Position numbers and translations under genes: made by a program. From contig OZ245940.1 in assembly GCA_965230045.1 (NCBI GenBank), positions 8,058 through 72,057 on the forward strand: a DNA stretch of 64,000 nt, read 5' to 3'. This stretch comes from Bacteroidales bacterium (lineage in GTDB: Bacteria; Bacteroidota; Bacteroidia; Bacteroidales; WRLA01). Of the stretch, positions 57,902 through 64,000 are shown piece by piece (the stretch's first letter is position 1; each line of letters starts with the position of its first letter). The notes below the pieces were generated by a model. That model saw nothing but the letters and a program-made list of their open reading frames with translations, was not told the DNA's origin and made no database searches.

Positions 57902-59719
57902 ATGCGGAAACATCAACAGTATTCTTCACGTAAATTTGTCCTGATTGCCATCCTGACGGTTACTGCATTGATTTATTTGAGCAAACTTGCTTATATTCAA
58001 ATCATTGAGGACAAATACAAAATGCTTTCCTACAGTAATGTACGGCGCACGGTAACTTTATATCCTTCACGTGGCCTGATCTTCGACCGAAACAACAAGC
58101 TTTTGGTTTCCAATGATGTGGCATATGATTTAATGGTAATTCCAAAGCAGGTCAAAAAAATTGACACCCTGCGTTTTTGCCGGCTTGTTGGGATCAGCCC
58201 TGATGATTTCATTGACAAACTCACCAAGGCCCAACAATATTCACGTTATAAGTCATCAGTTTTTGAAGCCCAGATCAGCAAGGAGACTTATGGCTATCTT
58301 CAGGAAAAACTTTTTGAATTTCCCGGCTTTTTTGTGCAGGCACGTGCCATACGCAAATACGATCAGGATGTTGCGGCCCATGTTTTGGGATATGTCAGCG
58401 AAGTGAACCGGCGCGACCTGGAACAAGACGAATATTATAAATCGGGCGACTATATCGGAAAAACCGGTTTGGAAAAATTTTATGAGAAAGAACTTCGCGG
58501 AGAAAAAGGCAAAGCCATAAAAGTTGTAGATGTTTTTAACCGTGAAAAAGGCAGTTTTGAAAGCGGCAAATACGACGAAGAGCCCATTGCCGGAAAAAAC
58601 ATTTATACAAGCATAGACAGGGACTTGCAGGAGTTTGGCGAAGAATTGATGAAAAACAAGCGCGGCAGCATTGTGGCCATAGAGCCTGCAACAGGCGAAA
58701 TACTGGCATTGGTCTCTTCTCCTGCTTTTGACCCAAACCTCCTGATTGGCCGCGAAAGGGGCAAAAACTTTGCGCAACTGAGCCGGGACACGCTCAAGCC
58801 TTTATTTAACCGCACGGTTTCAGCACGTTATCCTCCCGGCTCCACTTTTAAAATGATGAATGCACTTATCGGTTTGCAGGAAGGTACTTTGGATGAACAT
58901 ATGCAATACAGCTGCCAGGGGCCTGAATCATCGCCAATCCGCTGTACGCATTACCATACTTCACCGCTTAATGTGCGGCAGTCGATCGAAATAAGCTGCA
59001 ACCCATTTTACTGGAATGTATTCCGCAGCATCCTCGAAAACCCGAAATACAATAACATTTATGAATCGTACAATAAATGGCGCGACTACGTGCTCAGTTT
59101 TGGCCTGGATGCCCCTTTTGATACAGACATTCTCAGCCAGCGCAAAGCCAGCGTGCCCGCTACGGATTATTTCGACCGTTATTACCGAAAAAACCACTGG
59201 AAAGCAATAACGGTACGCTCGCTGTCGATCGGCCAGGGAGAAATTGAACTCTCGCCCCTGCAGTTGGCCAATTATACCGCAGCTATTGCCAACCGCGGCT
59301 ATTTCTACGAGCCACATCTTGCACGTGCCATTGGTGAAAATAACGATAAAAGCCTGAAGGAAACAAAAAAACGCATCACAAAAATAGATCCCAAAAACTT
59401 TGAAATCATAATTGACGGAATGGAAAACGTTTTCCTCGGAGAAGAAGGGACCGCGCGCTGGTACCAAACCGACAGCCTTTCCATTTGTGGCAAAACCGGC
59501 ACGGCAGAGAACCCTCACGGTAAAGATCACAGTGTTTTTATTGCCTTTGCACCCAGGGAAAGTCCAAAAATTGCTGTAGCCGTTGTTATTGAAAACGGTG
59601 GGTTTGGATCAACCTGGGCCGCGCCTATTGCCACTTTGATGGTAGAAAAATACTTGCGGGGAGAAACAACGGACAGCTGGTTCAAGGAAAAAATGCTTAA
59701 CGAACACCCAATTGACTAA
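57902..59719 (+). CDS. mrdA: Penicillin-binding protein 2 (elongasome transpeptidase)
   Basis: N-terminal TM, motifs STFK (GSTFKM), SxN (SCN) and KTG (GKTGTA), directly upstream of rodA. Confidence 0.9.
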   Translation: MRKHQQYSSRKFVLIAILTVTALIYLSKLAYIQIIEDKYKMLSYSNVRRTVTLYPSRGLIFDRNNKLLVSNDVAYDLMVIPKQVKKIDTLRFCRLVGISPDDFIDKLTKAQQYSRYKSSVFEAQISKETYGYLQEKLFEFPGFFVQARAIRKYDQDVAAHVLGYVSEVNRRDLEQDEYYKSGDYIGKTGLEKFYEKELRGEKGKAIKVVDVFNREKGSFESGKYDEEPIAGKNIYTSIDRDLQEFGEELMKNKRGSIVAIEPATGEILALVSSPAFDPNLLIGRERGKNFAQLSRDTLKPLFNRTVSARYPPGSTFKMMNALIGLQEGTLDEHMQYSCQGPESSPIRCTHYHTSPLNVRQSIEISCNPFYWNVFRSILENPKYNNIYESYNKWRDYVLSFGLDAPFDTDILSQRKASVPATDYFDRYYRKNHWKAITVRSLSIGQGEIELSPLQLANYTAAIANRGYFYEPHLARAIGENNDKSLKETKKRITKIDPKNFEIIIDGMENVFLGEEGTARWYQTDSLSICGKTGTAENPHGKDHSVFIAFAPRESPKIAVAVVIENGGFGSTWAAPIATLMVEKYLRGETTDSWFKEKMLNEHPID

Positions 59720-60978
59720 TGAGAGAACGGCGGCACATATTTCAAAATATTGACTGGGTCTTGGTTTTATTGTACCTGCTGCTTGTTTTTGCAGGCTGGA
59801 TTAATATTTATGCCGCTGTTTACAATCAGGAACACCAAAGCATTCTCGATATCAGCCAGAATTACGGCAAGCAACTCATATGGATCGGGACGTCCGTATT
59901 CCTCGGTTTGGTCATCCTTTTTATCGACAGTAAATTTTATCATGCTTTCTCCTACCCTATTTATTTTCTGGTGCTATTATCGTTGGTCGCTGTCTTGCTG
60001 GTCGGCAAAAAAGTAGCCGGTGCAACAAGCTGGTTTGCAATAGGCTCTTTCAGTATTCAACCTTCAGAATTTGCCAAGATGGCCACAGCTTTGGCTTTGG
60101 CGCACTTTCTCAGCGGAATGGATGTTAATTTAAAGAAATTACGCACAAAAATGATCAGCGGAATCATTATCGGGCTGCCGGCTGTGCTTATCCTGCTGCA
60201 AAACGACACCGGTTCGGCACTGGTTTATTTCTCGCTCATATTGGTGCTCTATCGCGAAGGCATGTCGGGCGATATACTGATCATAGGCTTCATCACGGCG
60301 GTGCTTTTTGTACTGACGCTGCTTATCGACCAATATATTGTTTTGGGTATTTATGCTGCCGGGATTATTGCTTTTGCGGTATTTTTAAAACGCAGCAAAC
60401 GAAACTACCTGATCCTTGCAGCCCTTTTAATTGCTGGCGCCGGGCTTATTTTCAGTGTTCATTATGCCTTTAACAACATTTTGGAAGAACATCAAAAAAC
60501 ACGCATCAACGTACTTTTAGGCAAAGAAAAAGACATTCACGGCGCCGGTTACAATGTGCACCAATCCCTTATTGCAATTGGTTCGGGTGGGTTCAGCGGC
60601 AAAGGCTTCCTTCAGGGAACACAAACCAAATATGATTTTGTTCCGGAACAAAGCACAGATTTTATTTTCTGCACAGTAGGCGAAGAATGGGGCTTTCTGG
60701 GCACAGCCACTACCATCATTCTATTTTGCGCATTGCTGTTTCGGATTGTTTACGTAGCCGAACGCCAGCGCTCGCATTTCAGCCGAATATATGGATATGC
60801 TGTTTTCAGTATTTTATTTTTTCATTTTGCCATAAATATCGGCATGACCATTGGCCTGGTTCCTGTGATTGGGATTCCCCTGCCCTTTTTCAGTTATGGC
60901 GGCAGCTCGCTATGGGGTTTCACAGTTCTGCTTTTTGTGTTTATCCGGATGGATGCCAGCAGGCTTCAATTATTATAA
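59719..60978 (+). CDS. rodA: Rod shape-determining protein RodA (SEDS family)
   Basis: 419-aa polytopic protein with FtsW/RodA/SpoVE motifs ...QPSEFAK... and ...PFFSYGGSS.... The start overlaps the mrdA stop. Confidence 0.9.
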   Translation: MRERRHIFQNIDWVLVLLYLLLVFAGWINIYAAVYNQEHQSILDISQNYGKQLIWIGTSVFLGLVILFIDSKFYHAFSYPIYFLVLLSLVAVLLVGKKVAGATSWFAIGSFSIQPSEFAKMATALALAHFLSGMDVNLKKLRTKMISGIIIGLPAVLILLQNDTGSALVYFSLILVLYREGMSGDILIIGFITAVLFVLTLLIDQYIVLGIYAAGIIAFAVFLKRSKRNYLILAALLIAGAGLIFSVHYAFNNILEEHQKTRINVLLGKEKDIHGAGYNVHQSLIAIGSGGFSGKGFLQGTQTKYDFVPEQSTDFIFCTVGEEWGFLGTATTIILFCALLFRIVYVAERQRSHFSRIYGYAVFSILFFHFAINIGMTIGLVPVIGIPLPFFSYGGSSLWGFTVLLFVFIRMDASRLQLL

Positions 60979-61115
60979 TACAGCAAACTGTCCGTTAGTG
61001 TACGCCCTCTGTACCATATTATACACCCATCCGGCTTTGAACTTTATTTCAAACGATTGATTTCAGGCAGTTTATGTTTTGGCACAATTCATGAATTGAA
61101 GCAGAAAATTAAATT

Positions 61116-63536
61116 ATGCTTTTTGCCAATATAAAACACAGCCTGCGTCGTTTTAATAAAGGACGCACCTATGCTTTATTGAATATAGCAGGGCTCACTG
61201 CCGGAATTTCTGCAGCCCTGATGATTTTCCTATGGATTGCACAAGAAACAAGTTATGACAGGCAATGGCCCGGCGACCCTTTGATTTACCGCGTTTCGGA
61301 AGAAATAAACTACAACAACGGAAATCACGACCGTTTTGCGCTGAGCGGCTTTCCTCTGGCTCCATCATTGCAGGAGCACATCCCCACCATCGATGCGTAT
61401 TGCCGCATTTCATATAGCGGAAACCCTGTTCTGGCTTGGTTGGATGAAGAATCCTTTTCTGTAGATAACTTTCATTATGTTGATACTAATTTCCTGGAAT
61501 TTTTTGAATATCCGGTTTTATACGGCAATCCGAAAACGGCATTAAACAAACCCGAAAAAGCCGTAATTGATAAAGAAACCGCATTACGCCTTTTTAAAAA
61601 GGAGAATGCCTTGGGCGAAAGCATGCGCATAGGCAGCAGAAATTTCATTGTAAGTGCGGTTATCGACACAAAAGCCATCAATTCACACCTCGATCCCCAC
61701 ATCCTGATTCCAAACACCAATTACCCCAACGCCACGGTGGAAGCCTACAACCGCGACTGGACACGCATGGCGAACTACACCTACATTCGCTTTATGCAGC
61801 AACCCGATATGGAGCGGCTTCGTGAGCAAATGAAAGAATGGAACCAAAAAGTAATCGAGGCGTGGATTGAAATGCATGAATTGACCTGGAGCCTCGATTT
61901 TTCGGTTCATCCCATTGATGATGTGCACTTCAGCACAAAATTTCAATACGATTTTGACGGCAACAGCAATGCCCGCCTGATTTATATCTTCGGTACAATA
62001 GCCTTTTTTATCCTGCTGCTGGCGTCCATTAATTACATTAACCTCAGCACGGCACGGGCAATGAAACGGGCGCGCGAAACCGGAATCAGGAAAGCGGTTG
62101 GTGCGAGCCGCAACAGCCTGATGTTTCTGTATATGTCGGAAGCAGTATTTACTACGCTTTTAGCCTTTATTTTTGCACTTGTCATTTCTGAGCTTCTTTT
62201 GCCCTTTTTTGGTCAAATCAGTGGAAGTGAAGAAATCCTGCTCAGCAGTTTCAGTGCCGCTCAATGGGTTTTGGCAATTGTATTTGCCATCCTTATCGGG
62301 ATGTTAAGCGGTTTCTTTCCGGCAGTGGTGTTGTCGTCCTATAAAGCTGTGGACAGCTTGAAGGGCAGTAGTATGCCGGGCAGCAATGGTTCTTCTCAAA
62401 ATTTACAGCTTGTGCTGCGCAAATCCCTTATTGTTTTTCAATTTTTTATCTCCACCAGCCTGATTTTCGGCACATTAGTAGTATATGCCCAGATGAACTT
62501 TATGAAAAACAGCGATACAGGATACGAGCGCGACCATGTTTTGGTTTTTAATATCCCCCGCGATACGCTGATTGACAAAAAACTGCCGGACATGCGCAGC
62601 CGTTTCCTGCAAAACCCCGGTGTTGAGCAGGTTTCTTTAACCCGCCATCTGCCGAGCAAAAAACCCGGGCGGCTGACCTTTTATATTGACCGCGACGGAA
62701 ATTGGGAACAGCAAATGTTGAGCCTTTATACGGTTGACCATCATTTTGCAGATTTATTAAAAATCCCTGTGGTAAAAGGGCGGTTTTTTGATGAAAAAAA
62801 TAAAACCGACCGTGAAACCGCTGTTGTGTTAAATGAAGCTGCCGTTAAAATGCTGGGCTGGGAAGATGATCCGCTCGGTCACAGGCTGGCCAATGGCCTG
62901 GGCGTTGACGGCAAAGTAATCGGTGTGGTGAAAGACTTCCATTTTACAAGCCTGCACAACTCCATTGAACCCATGGCTTTGCAGCTCCTACCCGATCTTA
63001 AAAGCTATATACTACTGAAAATCAATGAAAAAAATCTTAAAACAACCCTTAAAGATATTGAAAGCCAGTGGCAGGAATTTATTGGGAAATACCCTTCCGA
63101 ATATTTTTTCCTTGACGAAGACCTGATGAATGGGTATCAAAAGGATGAGAAGCTTTTTGACTTGTTCTCTGCTTTTAGTATTCTGGGGCTGGCAATTTCT
63201 ATTCTGGGATTGATTGGCCTGGTGGTTTATACTGCTGAACAAAAAACCCGCGAGATTGGCATAAGAAAAACGCTTGGAGCCAATATAAACCAGTTAATGT
63301 TCCATATTTCAAGCAGTTATTTTTATTGGTTGATCGGAGGGATTCTTTTGAGTTGGCCTATATCGTGGTGGGCGATGGAGCAATGGTTGACTGATTTTGC
63401 CTACCGCATAGGCATCCATCCGGCTTTTTATCTACTATCGGGCCTGTTTAGTATTTTGCTTTCCATATTGTCGGTAGGAATAATTACTTACAAGGCTGCC
63501 CGAACCAATCCTGTGGATGCGCTTCGTTATGAATAG
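61116..63536 (+). CDS. FtsX/MacB-type ABC transporter permease
   Basis: 806-aa paralog with the tail ...TNPVDALRYE. Confidence 0.9.
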   Translation: MLFANIKHSLRRFNKGRTYALLNIAGLTAGISAALMIFLWIAQETSYDRQWPGDPLIYRVSEEINYNNGNHDRFALSGFPLAPSLQEHIPTIDAYCRISYSGNPVLAWLDEESFSVDNFHYVDTNFLEFFEYPVLYGNPKTALNKPEKAVIDKETALRLFKKENALGESMRIGSRNFIVSAVIDTKAINSHLDPHILIPNTNYPNATVEAYNRDWTRMANYTYIRFMQQPDMERLREQMKEWNQKVIEAWIEMHELTWSLDFSVHPIDDVHFSTKFQYDFDGNSNARLIYIFGTIAFFILLLASINYINLSTARAMKRARETGIRKAVGASRNSLMFLYMSEAVFTTLLAFIFALVISELLLPFFGQISGSEEILLSSFSAAQWVLAIVFAILIGMLSGFFPAVVLSSYKAVDSLKGSSMPGSNGSSQNLQLVLRKSLIVFQFFISTSLIFGTLVVYAQMNFMKNSDTGYERDHVLVFNIPRDTLIDKKLPDMRSRFLQNPGVEQVSLTRHLPSKKPGRLTFYIDRDGNWEQQMLSLYTVDHHFADLLKIPVVKGRFFDEKNKTDRETAVVLNEAAVKMLGWEDDPLGHRLANGLGVDGKVIGVVKDFHFTSLHNSIEPMALQLLPDLKSYILLKINEKNLKTTLKDIESQWQEFIGKYPSEYFFLDEDLMNGYQKDEKLFDLFSAFSILGLAISILGLIGLVVYTAEQKTREIGIRKTLGANINQLMFHISSSYFYWLIGGILLSWPISWWAMEQWLTDFAYRIGIHPAFYLLSGLFSILLSILSVGIITYKAARTNPVDALRYE

Positions 63537-63538
63537 AG

Positions 63539-64000
63539 CTATTTTTGCCCGGCACGTGGCACAAAGATCGGTTCCGATTCAATGAAATTGCTCTGGTTTA
63601 AAGCACGGTCTAAAATGGAAATACGGTATTTTACCGTATCAAAAGCAGAATTGAAATTATAGGCAAAAACGGTATCATAAATCTCGCCTTTAATGCCTTT
63701 ATAGTTTCCTTCCGGCGTCAAAACCGGTATGCGGCCGTTCATGTTCAGTGTGTCCCACTTAAGGCTTTCGGGATCATACCATCGCAGCACGATTTTCTTC
63801 CAAACCCCGTTTTGCAATTCGTAAAAATCGACCAACAAATTATAATCGTAGGGAGGAATTGTATCTGCACCCGTGAGGCCAATATCGCCATTGCCGTCTT
63901 CATAACTAAAAACCAGAACAGCACGGTCATAAATGCCCAAATCCGGATTAAAAACCAGCTCAGATTGAACAAAAGAAATGTAGGGAACATCCGGCAGGTC
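63539..64000 (-). CDS. Hypothetical protein (N-terminus lies beyond the window end)
   Basis: The frame stays open from 63940 to the window edge (…DLPDVPYISFVQSELVFNPDLGIYD…). I recognise no motif. Confidence 0.5.
   Translation of the reverse strand, partial: DLPDVPYISFVQSELVFNPDLGIYDRAVLVFSYEDGNGDIGLTGADTIPPYDYNLLVDFYELQNGVWKKIVLRWYDPESLKWDTLNMNGRIPVLTPEGNYKGIKGEIYDTVFAYNFNSAFDTVKYRISILDRALNQSNFIESEPIFVPRAGQK

Overview
This window looks like a Bacteroidota chromosome segment, probably from an anaerobic propionate producer. Supporting signs are T9SS C-terminal sorting domains, many about 800-aa FtsX/MacB-type permease paralogs, a Na+-pumping methylmalonyl-CoA decarboxylase operon, and TAnnTTTG-type -7 boxes. 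The housekeeping backbone contains five FtsX permease paralogs, an Fe-alcohol dehydrogenase, topA (broken by a 1-nt homopolymer frameshift) and miaB. It also contains a sigma54 response regulator with a histidine kinase, an RluA-family pseudouridine synthase, the mmd operon with its epimerase, a TPR-SpoIIE phosphatase and mrdA-rodA. The most interesting part is a visibly AT-rich accessory island at about 32.7-49.4 kb, between the histidine kinase and the pseudouridine synthase. It starts with an ISNCY-like IS, followed by a stand-alone LytTR regulator. Three tandem cassettes follow, each with a conserved 0.5-kb leader carrying phased direct repeats, a GG-leader Cys/Ser/Thr-rich precursor peptide, an uncharacterised about 450-aa secreted protein, and a LanC cyclase. 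After them come a truncated LanB dehydratase and a truncated HlyD. The island is partly decayed. lanC2 is split by an IS66 element with an 8-bp target duplication. The lanB/hlyD deletion junction is occupied by a remnant of a Y1 (RAYT/IS200-like) transposase flanked by inverted hairpins. A second accessory islet (8.4-9.9 kb) encodes a HipA-C-like kinase followed by, and overlapping, a HipA-N/HipS-like small protein, with no HipB. Intergenic regions are colonised by families of 125-560 bp nested-palindrome, MITE/REP-like elements. All functional calls come from reading motifs by eye, and no database search was possible.
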